This document shows positions 46,507 to 56,098 of a stretch of 64,000 nucleotides of DNA, in pieces. The stretch comes from a virus. The notes beneath the pieces were generated by a model, which saw nothing but the letters and a program-made list of their open reading frames with translations, ran no database searches and had not been told where the DNA came from. The DNA lies in the IMG/VR virus record IMGVR_UViG_3300028629_000007, one strand, 5' to 3'. The first letter of the stretch is position 1. Every line of letters begins with the position of its first letter. Both the position numbers and the translations under genes were made by a program.

Positions 46507-47631
46507 TTAAACGTCCATTGCTTTCTTATAGCCACTCTTACGAATTTCCATGACCTCACGGTGAATAAGCGGATAAAGCTTCATTACCCATTCATCGTGA
46601 AACAAATCATAATTGTTTTCTTTTATCCAGAAACGAATTATTTCGTCAATGACTCCACGCTTAGCAAGAGAAGCCAAGTCGCGGTTGGGATGATCTGTTC
46701 TCAACTTACGTGCTATTTCGGCAGCAGCGCCTTTGACAATGTTCATTACTTCTTTCATCGAATGTGAAGCAAGTGCGTCACCGAGTTTTCCAGTCATAAT
46801 GAATTTCGTGAGCTTAGTAGCAAGCCCTCTTCCATATGAGGTATCTGGTATTTTGATTTTTCCAGTCATATCCATCAAATCTACAAACTTTTTAAAGATA
46901 GTTGGATAGTGCGAAGCTTCAAGCTCTCCACTCTTAATCTTCAGTAACACTTCTCTTCTTCTTTCGGAAGGCGAAAGCTCTTTCGAGCCAGTTGGTGCAG
47001 AGGTTACAACGGAGTCTCCTTCGGGAGTTCCAAAGAAACCAGCACCAAGAGATTCGTCGTCCTCTCTTATGCGACTCTCACCTAACTTACGGTATATAAC
47101 AGGCTGCTTACCGTATCTCGAAGCAAATTCACCATTAGGGTCGTAATCTGGATTGTAAGGATCCCTCTTATATTCTTTAAACCCGAGCTTCTCGTAGAAG
47201 TTGGAAAGGAACCCATCAAAGTGATCAAGGTATCTACCACCCTTGCTGATTGCTGCTTTCATAAGAGGCTCGCCTATATTTTTTATAAGCTCGTTATTAT
47301 GAACAGCAACTATTTCAACTGTTCCTTTATCTTCAAAATTCTTAAGAGCAAATCCAATGTTGAAACCCGAAAGCTTGAAGCACTTCATCTTGCTCAAGTC
47401 TTCTACAGTGTAGTCGGTAAGCATCTTAGGATGCTTGCTTTGTCTCAGTGAATGATAAAAAGCAGTAGGGTCGGTTTCCCACTTATCTTTTTTTATAGTA
47501 TCCAAAACAACGCTACGAACGTCTTCAAGCTCATTGATAGCATTTTTGCTACTATCAAATATACTTAAAAGATGCTCGTGGTAATTTGCCTTAGACTGGT
47601 ATTGCGATTGGTAGTATGACTTGAATCTCAT
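46507..47631 (-). CDS. Late protein with GNAT-like domain
   Basis: VAVHNN..IGEPLMKAAISKGGRYLDHFDGFLSNFYEKLGF; TATAAATA at 47638-47645. Confidence 0.7.
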   Translation of the reverse strand: MRFKSYYQSQYQSKANYHEHLLSIFDSSKNAINELEDVRSVVLDTIKKDKWETDPTAFYHSLRQSKHPKMLTDYTVEDLSKMKCFKLSGFNIGFALKNFEDKGTVEIVAVHNNELIKNIGEPLMKAAISKGGRYLDHFDGFLSNFYEKLGFKEYKRDPYNPDYDPNGEFASRYGKQPVIYRKLGESRIREDDESLGAGFFGTPEGDSVVTSAPTGSKELSPSERRREVLLKIKSGELEASHYPTIFKKFVDLMDMTGKIKIPDTSYGRGLATKLTKFIMTGKLGDALASHSMKEVMNIVKGAAAEIARKLRTDHPNRDLASLAKRGVIDEIIRFWIKENNYDLFHDEWVMKLYPLIHREVMEIRKSGYKKAMDV

Positions 47632-47657
47632 ACTCCATATTTATACTTTATATACAA

Positions 47658-47891
47658 TCAGTCTCGGAAGTTTCTTCTGCCATGATTAAAGAAAAACTTC
47701 CAGTTTCTTCGAATAAAAACCTTAGCATCCTTTCCGTGTATCATTCTATCAATCTCTCCCCAAGCGGAAAAGGTATATGAAGCACCAAGGCTCATGTCGT
47801 CTGGCAGAAAATCGAACCCAATGCATCTGGACCGAAGATCGGTCCAGTAACTATTCGATGTAACATGAACAAGTTGCTTGTAGTATTTCAC
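47658..47891 (-). CDS. Small basic protein, family C-like
   Basis: MKYYK..RRNWK. Confidence 0.65.
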   Translation of the reverse strand: MKYYKQLVHVTSNSYWTDLRSRCIGFDFLPDDMSLGASYTFSAWGEIDRMIHGKDAKVFIRRNWKFFFNHGRRNFRD

Positions 47892-48121
47892 CAGTAATCC
47901 TGTCCTTGCGTCTTCATTAGCATTCTACCTTTACTTTTATATTTAAGCAAGAGATACCTGACTGCATCTTTATCATGATGATATATATCACGGGTGGCAG
48001 ACACGTTGCATGAGTATGAATGCCTTCGTATCCAGTTCCTCCACATGGGAAGCTTGGTGTTTATGTAGTATCCTTCTGGATAACCTCTACTATATACTTT
48101 ACGGGGCTTGACGGTACTCAT
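47888..48121 (-). CDS. Small basic protein, family C-like
   Basis: ATGA overlap; start MSTVKP. Confidence 0.6.
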   Translation of the reverse strand: MSTVKPRKVYSRGYPEGYYINTKLPMWRNWIRRHSYSCNVSATRDIYHHDKDAVRYLLLKYKSKGRMLMKTQGQDYW

Positions 48122-48540
48122 ACAGTTACAAAGTAAGCCCACCATACTAACCAACCAATACCCCATACGGCTAAACAGCACACTAAACATATAAAAACAA
48201 TAGTAGCAATCTGCTTTCTTCTTTCCCATTTTATCTCATTTTCTTGTTGCAAGTCATACATCTTTTTTCTTTGTTCAAGATAAGAATGAACCATATCATC
48301 CAATACGGGAAATTTCTCTATATCCTTAATTTTGATAACGAGATGGATTTTCTGAAAGACGTCATCAGGAAAAGAAGGCGACCAACCATCTGACGAGTAG
48401 CGACTGAAATCAATTACTTCTCCTTTTTGGATTATATCAACATAATTCTTATACTCATCGACCAAGGATTGATTGCTAACAAGTTTCTCATGTAGCTTCT
48501 CATTAGCATCTTCAAGTATCTTGATATAGTCGCTATCCAT
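48118..48540 (-). CDS. Family A leader protein with C-terminal TM helix
   Basis: DYIKILEDANEKL. Confidence 0.75.
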   Translation of the reverse strand: MDSDYIKILEDANEKLHEKLVSNQSLVDEYKNYVDIIQKGEVIDFSRYSSDGWSPSFPDDVFQKIHLVIKIKDIEKFPVLDDMVHSYLEQRKKMYDLQQENEIKWERRKQIATIVFICLVCCLAVWGIGWLVWWAYFVTV

Positions 48541-48541
48541 G

Positions 48542-48838
48542 TTACTTCTCGGCTTTATTTTTTAAAGTGATTGTGTAGTTGGTTGTTCTTATTACAGTCC
48601 CATCATTTAGCTCAATTGCCATCACTCCATTGGATTCTTCATATTTTATTATGTCATTGACGCAAATTTTAGTGTCTCCTATTAAGATGATGGCGTCTTT
48701 TTCTTTCAACCCAATCAAAGTTTTCTTGTCAATTGCAATTCCAGCGCAATATGCAAGAAAGAATATAAGTGCTACACAAGAAGTAACTACAAGTATTAAA
48801 ATGAAAAGTCTTATAGTATCATTCATTTGATGCTCCAC
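48542..48838 (-). CDS. Membrane-anchored hypothetical protein
   Basis: N-terminal TM helix; promoter upstream. Confidence 0.7.
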   Translation of the reverse strand: MEHQMNDTIRLFILILVVTSCVALIFFLAYCAGIAIDKKTLIGLKEKDAIILIGDTKICVNDIIKYEESNGVMAIELNDGTVIRTTNYTITLKNKAEK

Positions 48839-48867
48839 ATTTAATGTTACACATTAAATAAATAAAG

Positions 48868-49101
48868 TCAAGAGTCAGTTTTGAACTGGGGCAAATTTCT
48901 TCCCCATCTCTTATGCTCTTCCACAAAATACTTTTTTAATTTACCAGAGATACTTCTACAAGCCCAGCAGGCACCTATGGTGGCAGCGTCATACTCATCC
49001 CCACCCCATAGGAACCTTCGGCTTTCGTGTGGATATGATGTTCCCCACATATTAGTGAAAGGTGGTCCCGTCTTAGTTATCTTGAGGCTTCGACTTCCCA
49101 T
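48868..49101 (-). CDS. Small basic protein, family C-like
   Basis: KKYFVEEHKRWGR. Confidence 0.6.
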   Translation of the reverse strand: MGSRSLKITKTGPPFTNMWGTSYPHESRRFLWGGDEYDAATIGACWACRSISGKLKKYFVEEHKRWGRNLPQFKTDS

Positions 49102-49104
49102 GAC

Positions 49105-49617
49105 TTATCCAACCATTATCAGTAGGTTAAGTTTATCGTTGTCAAACCTACTCATTATCTTATCTTTTATATCTTGCCATCTCTGTTCCACACCACCATA
49201 CATTACCGACCATGGATCCACAATTACACATGATACTTTTCTACCAATGAAGTTGTTGACAGATGCATGATGTCTGACAACACAGTTACCAACCAACGAG
49301 TCTACTGTTTTTAAATTGGTATAGGGATGTAAAATGTCAACTTCAGTAAAAAACTTAGCTGCTGCTTGGACGATTGATGTAGATAACCCAATCTGTCTTG
49401 GTAAGTCAATTTTCAATTCTACCAGTTCTGACCATCTAATAAATTTATTTGGATAGTCAAATACCTTCTTCTGATGCTTCAACGAGGCGTCTATCAGTAG
49501 CTCCAGAGATACTCTTAGTGGATTGCCTTCTTGCCTGTCAAGCTGATATTGAGCCTCTGAAAGCATCTGCCTCAGTCGCTCATTTTCGTCTTCCAGTTGT
49601 TTAGCGTAGATACTCAT
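49105..49617 (-). CDS. Family A leader protein with degenerate P-loop-like body
   Basis: IYAKQLEDENERLR; LPRQIGLST. Confidence 0.75.
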   Translation of the reverse strand: MSIYAKQLEDENERLRQMLSEAQYQLDRQEGNPLRVSLELLIDASLKHQKKVFDYPNKFIRWSELVELKIDLPRQIGLSTSIVQAAAKFFTEVDILHPYTNLKTVDSLVGNCVVRHHASVNNFIGRKVSCVIVDPWSVMYGGVEQRWQDIKDKIMSRFDNDKLNLLIMVG

Positions 49618-50168
49618 GCTGGCTCGTAGCAGATTTTTCCTTCTTTTAAGAATCTCTTTTTCCCGTTTTCAGTGTAATATGGAAGATGAGACACGACATT
49701 ATTTTGTGCGTTTATTCCCAAAAACACAAACTTATTTTGTCTTGCAATGGTATATAATTGTCCAGCGGTAATTGCCATCATCTTTTCTGCGACATCATAA
49801 CTGTTTTTATCTAGATATTGACCACTTGGGTAGCTATAGAATGAAAAATCTACTATATTTTTTCTTGACGAATTTTCTGCATTTACTCTAAATAAAAACC
49901 ACTCTTTCTTTTCCCCTCCAAGCCACGATTTGGATATCTTCACGCATGATAAAAAAACAATATTCGGGACATGGGCTTCTTTAACCTCATACAATTGATA
50001 CCCATTTACAATTTCTTTTTCGTGCGGTACATACACACCAGCATCGCTGGTTTCCTTGATTTTTATCTTTGCGTTGGCAACATCAAGTTGCTCTTGGATG
50101 ACTTCAAGCTGCTGACGCAGCTTCTCGTTCTCTTCTTCTATTGACTTGACATAGGCAACATCAACCAT
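49614..50168 (-). CDS. Family A leader protein
   Basis: AYVKSIEEENEKLR. Confidence 0.8.
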   Translation of the reverse strand: MVDVAYVKSIEEENEKLRQQLEVIQEQLDVANAKIKIKETSDAGVYVPHEKEIVNGYQLYEVKEAHVPNIVFLSCVKISKSWLGGEKKEWFLFRVNAENSSRKNIVDFSFYSYPSGQYLDKNSYDVAEKMMAITAGQLYTIARQNKFVFLGINAQNNVVSHLPYYTENGKKRFLKEGKICYEPA

Positions 50169-50169
50169 G

Positions 50170-50643
50170 TCAATCTACCTTTTCGAACTTCTTGCGAAGA
50201 TGCTCATAGATGTCACGCTCATGCTTTTCGTCGTATTCCTCGCGAAGCTTTTCTCTCTTCTGGATTTCTTCTTCCTTTGCAGTTATTACCTGATGAATAC
50301 ACTCAACAATGAACGGGGCGGTCCTCGTTATACATTCGTAAGGAAGAAGGAAGGAGTCATCGACTTCGTTGAAATGAAAAGATACCAGTATATTATTCAT
50401 TAGGAAGCGAACACCAGTGACGCTGGCTACTCTCCCGAAGACGATTGAAACGGCTTCATCAAGATGTGCTTGAAATTGAGGAAGTCCGGATACATCGTAG
50501 TTCATGTTGCTTTCTCCTTCTAAGAGTTGTAATTCCTCATTCGTTAGCCAATCGGCTTCTCCCATCATAATACCTTTATAGGGAGATGCAAGGACAAAAT
50601 CCCAGTTGACTTGGATTTCATTGACATCTTTATGTTTGCTCAT
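50170..50643 (-). CDS. Hypothetical protein
   Basis: Start reassigned to MSKHKD, embedded in the upstream RY motif. Confidence 0.7.
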   Translation of the reverse strand: MSKHKDVNEIQVNWDFVLASPYKGIMMGEADWLTNEELQLLEGESNMNYDVSGLPQFQAHLDEAVSIVFGRVASVTGVRFLMNNILVSFHFNEVDDSFLLPYECITRTAPFIVECIHQVITAKEEEIQKREKLREEYDEKHERDIYEHLRKKFEKVD

Positions 50644-52225
50644 AGCGACTTTCTGGATGTAGGTCAACTCCCCATTCATGGCGATTGGAGTACGGGAGAG
50701 AAACTTTTCGAGCTTCCTCATAGGAATCATATACTAATGCCTTGGTGATGTCAGCACACCAGCAGCATGTCTTGTCTGGACCGATAATCCCAGCGAAATA
50801 CACGAACGGGCAGAAGTCAGACTCGAACTTACCCCTGTGTGTTTTTCTGAATATGATGTATTTGTCAGGCATATCTATACCTTGGGTGGATGTCAATGAA
50901 TACATACTTATTCATTAGATTTTTTATAATGGAGACATCTCTTTCACCAACAATATCCTTGAAGGCATCTTCATAAGAATCGTATTCCTTAGCTTCCTCA
51001 AATGCGGGAAAGAATTTTTTATTTGACTGCTTTCCTTTGAAATCATCCTTTACAAGAAACAACTCTTGGGCATCTCTTTGGTGATGGCAATACATATACA
51101 CGATATACTTTTCTTTCATGTCAGTCATTGTAACGATCTTCCGGGTACATGTCAATACCATACTTGTAACCACCCGACCTTGACAAGAAGAGTGACTTCC
51201 TTTCCTTTTCAGCTTCTTTGTATGACTTGAAGATGACCACGCTCTTGTCTTCCAGAACATTTATCCACTGTGGGAAGCTAACATTCATATTTCTACGGAA
51301 TATGATGTAGTTTTTCTTTTTTTCATCTTTATGCTTTCCGGTGTAGAAAGAAAGATTCCCCTTGACTCCAGAGACTCGGTAGATTATATATCTCTCAGTC
51401 ATAGCGACTCCTTGGATGTAAATCTACATAACCACCTTTCCGTAGGGCGATCTGCTCGGCTTTCTTTTTACTGACGAAACAATGAGCTTCATCTATGTTG
51501 TTACCCCATATAAAAACTCTATCGTTATGAAGATACTTGATGAAGGAAAACTCTTTTACACCAGCCCAGCTAAAGTCGGAATATACTATCCAGCCCGGTC
51601 GAGGTTTCTTACTCATATCTATATCTCGGATGTAAATCTATACCTCTAGTCCATCGTCCTGATATTATAGATGGACGTAAAGACGATAATACTTTACTTG
51701 CTTCTTCGAAGGTGCTAAACTCCTGTGCATTATCTAAAAGTTCAGTCCAACCTTCGTCGTCCCAAAACAATATTTCGTCCAATGATTTGTTCCGCGAAAA
51801 TATAATATAGGTGTCAACCATAGCGACACCTGGGATGTAAGTCCATTTTTATATCACAATGGGATGAAAAAAGAGAAACAATATGTTTCGCTTCACTTTC
51901 GGTATACACCGAAGCATTTTTTAAAGAGTCTGTCCATCCTGGCTGTGGTTCACTCTTATAATAAGAAATCATATGATCCGAATCCATTACAGATTCAGTA
52001 TAGACTATCCATTCTTTCTTATCAGTCGGCATAACGATCCCATGGGTGAATGTCAACATCACACTTCTTGGCTCTGATCTTTTTACACTTCAGAGCATCT
52101 TCATAGTTGTAAATACGGGCAGCCTTCCAGTCAGGTGTCCACTGGAATCCATTCCATAGCACTACTTCTCCAGTAGTGTCTATCATATAGACTACCCACC
52201 GTTCTTTTCGAGTATCTTCCAGCAT
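50630..52225 (-). repeat. Tandem array of 7 family B paralogues (50630-50872, 50865-51128, 51121-51402, 51395-51616, 51609-51821, 51814-52032, 52022-52225)
   Basis: All have (Y/W)I(I/V)(F/Y) near the N-terminus and end D(L/I/M)(H/Y)P..RY; most have a central A..(Y/F).S.E(E/D)A. Confidence 0.9.
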
Positions 52226-52503
52226 TTGTTTAGTAGTATAGAGAAACGGATGAAGTCGATAATAATAAGAGGACCAGATATTGTCGCAATGATGAAAGCA
52301 CCGATGACGAAGGCACCATCACCTACTTTCTGTCGTTGCTCAATGATCTGCTGAACGACAGGACTCTTTCTCATCTTGAGTATCATTACATTCAGGTCCA
52401 TATAATGTTTAGGACCGTGGCAATAAACAAATACCTTTAGACTATAGATGACAAAACCAGTCAAAAACCAACATCCAATAGCGATAAGAATGCCACTTAG
52501 CAT
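52192..52503 (-). CDS. Two-TM membrane protein
   Basis: Hydrophobic segments. Confidence 0.7.
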   Translation of the reverse strand: MLSGILIAIGCWFLTGFVIYSLKVFVYCHGPKHYMDLNVMILKMRKSPVVQQIIEQRQKVGDGAFVIGAFIIATISGPLIIIDFIRFSILLNKCWKILEKNGG

Positions 52504-52563
52504 TATTTCACCATCACAAAAAGAGCGTATACAAGTGCAATGATAATAGTATTCATGATGTTT

Positions 52564-52890
52564 TTATTCGCTTACAGCGACTTTTTCCATTTGCTTGGGT
52601 ATTGGCATGTTCTTGATGTTTTCTTCGCAATTCTTTATAACCTTCATGACTTCTTCCAAATTCGATGCTCTTGATCCCATGCACTTATCTGTATAAGCAA
52701 TGAGAGCATTTGGAAGAGAGCTATAAAAACCTAGCTCAATTTCGCGTATCTTTCCAATGCTGTCCTTGTTCTTGAGTAAGTGACTTCCCCTTCCCGTTCC
52801 AGTTATAACCTTTTTGTGTATAAGAGTGTAGCATCTAGTTCCATCGAATTCGATGTCAAACTCATTATCTACTGTTATTCTATTAGACAT
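52564..52890 (-). CDS. Hypothetical protein
   Basis: Promoter TTGCTT-N15-TATAAT at 52908-52934; AGGAG RBS. Confidence 0.8.
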   Translation of the reverse strand: MSNRITVDNEFDIEFDGTRCYTLIHKKVITGTGRGSHLLKNKDSIGKIREIELGFYSSLPNALIAYTDKCMGSRASNLEEVMKVIKNCEENIKNMPIPKQMEKVAVSE

Positions 52891-52973
52891 GTATTTCTCC
52901 TGGCATCATTATACGAGCCAGAACAGAGAAGCAAGAGATAAATTACTCTTGTATGTGATAGAGTATTTGGTGT

Positions 52974-53207
52974 TTATGGGTTACTCTTACATCTCTCTTC
53001 AACTTCAGCGATGACCATCATAGTCATGGCATGAACATCGAAGAAGTCACCATAAGTAAGAGGCTTTCCAGTGGCTTTATCAATCATACAGAATGATTTT
53101 GGTCCGAATCTTTTCATATCACGAATTGCCCATCTCTGAACCTGAATAGATTCATGTTCAGCAACCCATCTACGATAATGTGGACAAGGTTCGTTTACTT
53201 CTTCCAT
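52974..53207 (-). CDS. Hypothetical protein
   Basis: ORF track. Confidence 0.65.
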   Translation of the reverse strand: MEEVNEPCPHYRRWVAEHESIQVQRWAIRDMKRFGPKSFCMIDKATGKPLTYGDFFDVHAMTMMVIAEVEERCKSNP

Positions 53208-53208
53208 G

Positions 53209-53547
53209 TTATTTCCTTCTCTTCATTTCTTTACTGAGGTTTCCCATCATTAACCTACCACTTAACTTCCAATTGTCAAGAAGTTCTTTCTTGGGCTTGT
53301 CCCACAGAACTAAAGGATTCATTTCGTTGTACCATGCTGTATTGGCAATCATGTCAATCCACTCCTGTCGAGAGAATCTTACGGAGCCAACGGGGCGTGG
53401 TCTATAGTCGTTAAATGTGACATCTCGACCATAACATATATGGTCACTATATTCTTTACTTGTCCACGGATCGAAACAATGAGAAACTCTTTTACGCTTA
53501 GGTTTCAAAGCTTCCTCACGCTTTCCAGTTTCTCCAAGTCGCTCCAA
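53209..53547 (-). CDS. Hypothetical protein
   Basis: ORF track. Confidence 0.6.
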   Translation of the reverse strand: MERLGETGKREEALKPKRKRVSHCFDPWTSKEYSDHICYGRDVTFNDYRPRPVGSVRFSRQEWIDMIANTAWYNEMNPLVLWDKPKKELLDNWKLSGRLMMGNLSKEMKRRK

Positions 53548-54062
53548 TACAGAACTTTCTTTATTCCATATAGCTTGGTGAGCTTAGGATCCTTCCAGCA
53601 TTCGCTTATGTTGCGAGCCAGCGTCACGGTCTTGACATCTATAGTAAAGTAATCGTTCAGTTGACAAAGCATCAAGTAGTCATTTTCAGCAGGATCAGAC
53701 ACTATAGCGTCTTGGACTTGGAAGCTCCATGATAGACCAAAGCGACTCGCAGTTCCTTCCTTCATGCACTTGACATGGAAGAACCATTCTTTAGATCCTG
53801 CTTGGGCAACCAAGTCACTGGCAAATGACTTTTTCTTTTTACCATAAACAGCGAAGTCAACATCAGTAGTGATAGCCATTCCTCGGGCAATGAGAAGTTT
53901 CTTACAGGCTACTTCAGCGAGCTTACCAACCTTGATGTCATCTATTATCTTTGGAATATCTGTCTGGTTTCTTCTTGCATAGCAATCCTTATTCGTCTCC
54001 ACAACTTCAGTGGAGAACTTGGAGCAGACATCATACTCTTCTTCTGTCAGATGGATAATCAT
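53505..54062 (-). CDS. Putative PD-(D/E)XK nuclease-like phage protein
   Basis: GKLAEVA..DF..SFASDL..HVKC. Confidence 0.6.
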   Translation of the reverse strand: MIIHLTEEEYDVCSKFSTEVVETNKDCYARRNQTDIPKIIDDIKVGKLAEVACKKLLIARGMAITTDVDFAVYGKKKKSFASDLVAQAGSKEWFFHVKCMKEGTASRFGLSWSFQVQDAIVSDPAENDYLMLCQLNDYFTIDVKTVTLARNISECWKDPKLTKLYGIKKVLYWSDLEKLESVRKL

Positions 54063-54298
54063 TCGTATAGATGCCTTATGCGTGGTGCATATATCTTAGC
54101 CAGCTTCTTCATGTATTTCAGATTTGTACTTCCACACCAAGGAACCGAAGCAAATCCAATATCACTTACAATATAGTACATCGGTAGACGCAGATGGGGC
54201 ATTCCAACACATTGTGGATTATGTGACGGATGACAGACTCTCTCCCATATTTTACTTTTTCTTACATAATACATTATTCTTCTCTCCATCTCCAGCAT
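54059..54298 (-). CDS. Small basic hypothetical protein
   Basis: ORF track. Confidence 0.55.
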   Translation of the reverse strand: MLEMERRIMYYVRKSKIWERVCHPSHNPQCVGMPHLRLPMYYIVSDIGFASVPWCGSTNLKYMKKLAKIYAPRIRHLYE

Positions 54299-55358
54299 AT
54301 TTGCGTCTTATACCCTAAAGAAACATCTTTCGCCTTTAGATATAATACACATAATGGATTTCTAATAAACATATTTCGTGCATAAAAGTATCTTGGAGGC
54401 GATGCCGTATCACCACTAAACGGAGAGCGCCAATACTTCTGCAATCTAAGCATCTATTATGACCCAATATACTTATTCTACACTATTGTTATGTAAAGTC
54501 AATCGGAGAAGTTCATATCAGTTTGCTTTAGAAATAGTTTCATAGTAAATTTTCCTCTGCACTTTATTTCGTCTTGAAGTTTCTTTTTTCTTGCCTTGAG
54601 GCTACTGAAGCAGTATTTTCTTCCAATGTTAATTGGGGACCAAATATACTGATGCATAATAGAATAATCAAGAAAAGTTTCTCTTGCTAATGTAACGCTT
54701 CCACCACGAGAGTCCAAATGTGATTTTGGATGGGATGTTTGGGAGTCAATGGTAATACTACTACCATAAACAAAAGTTACTAAAAAAATATATGATTGAG
54801 CGTTGTAGCTTGTCTTATGATATTTCATAATATTCCTCGTATTCCACCCATTCTTTGACTTCCCCAATTCTTCCAACCAACTATAAGCTCCTTCTTTCTG
54901 TCCTTGAGAGTTCTCATATTGCATGGAGGTTCTTCGTAGCAACACCACCAACCAAATCCAAATGTTCTTCCAGTAAACACCATACAACATAACCTCGGTT
55001 CTGCTACGAAATGTCTTTTTCTGGGTATGTAAAATGGATATACCCAACGGTTTCTCTTATGATACTTCATGGTATTATATTCATCCTCATCTGCTGATTA
55101 GTTTTCTTATATTTCACGAGTATCAAATCCTACCATAAGGTTGTGTCCATTGGTCTTCCACGCTATCTTCAGGTCTTTTTTATTACTACGCCATATTTCA
55201 ATAAAGCTCCATTCATGCCACCCATTGAAACAATTTCTATCATCCGTGTCAAAGAAACCCGAACGACGAAATACAATTACATTGTAATATTCACTAGAAT
55301 ATGATATTTGTAATTTCTGCTTCTTCATCTTCATAAGAGGCTATTCCCATATCGCATC

Positions 55359-55761
55359 GTGAATACACCCACCCCCTAAAGGGAGTGGGCTTCTAGGTGG
55401 AGTTTCAACCACCAAAGATTATATACCTAATCTTGTCTGTTCTGTTTATGTTAAGTTTCTTTCTACTTTAAGTAGTTGTATATTATAGAGTTATAATTTC
55501 ACACTCATCTTACTTAACGAAATATACAATATATTTGTTTTAACTGTATATAGTTTTACGAGTAGGTCAGTCACTTCCTAACCAGTTATTGGACTTATTG
55601 ACTTTGCCATTAACCTGTAGTATTGTTTCCTACTCAACCTGTCTACATTGTTTTTCAAAGAACTAAGTTAATTGTAACTTGTTATTTTAGAAAGTCAACC
55701 ATCAAGTTACCCACCATTCATCCCATCGGCTAAAGCCAATGGGTTTTCTGGTGGAACGATG
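55359..55761 (-). mobile_element. Non-autonomous IS200/IS605 derivative (MITE-like, no tnpA or tnpB)
   Basis: LE TTTAT|CATCGTTCCACCAGAAAACCCATTGGCTTTAGCCGATGGG; RE GAAGCCCACTCCCTTTAGGGGGTGGGTGTATTCAC; excision restores the host ORF. Confidence 0.9.
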
Positions 55762-55915
55762 ATAAACTTTCCCCACTCTCGGCGTATATAACGCTTCTCT
55801 TCAGTAATCTTTTTTTGACTATCTCTGAATCTAAAGCTAATAATAACTGATATTTTACCAAGATCAAATCCACTTCCGTTGACTCGTATCATGCCAAACC
55901 GTAACTTTTCTACCT

Positions 55916-56098
55916 TCATTGTAATATCTTTTCCAATATTTTGACAGCATCATCAAACGCAATATCATCATGCTCCCTATGTGAATGTATCAATCTACGG
56001 ATTATCTCAAGATACTGAGAGTTCCTGGCACGAAGTCTTTTGACTAGGCGCGATTGCTCTATCTGGTTCTCCAGACTACAGGGGTAGCGAGTCTTCAT
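55916..56098 (-). CDS. Small coiled-coil hypothetical protein
   Basis: ATGA overlap. Confidence 0.65.
   Translation of the reverse strand: MKTRYPCSLENQIEQSRLVKRLRARNSQYLEIIRRLIHSHREHDDIAFDDAVKILEKILQ

Noticed and set aside
55359-55761. IStron (group I intron plus IS) or c-di-GMP-I riboswitch inside the MITE
   Set aside because: Element ends in C rather than the required terminal G, no P7 core recognised, and GGCAAA is only a partial riboswitch match
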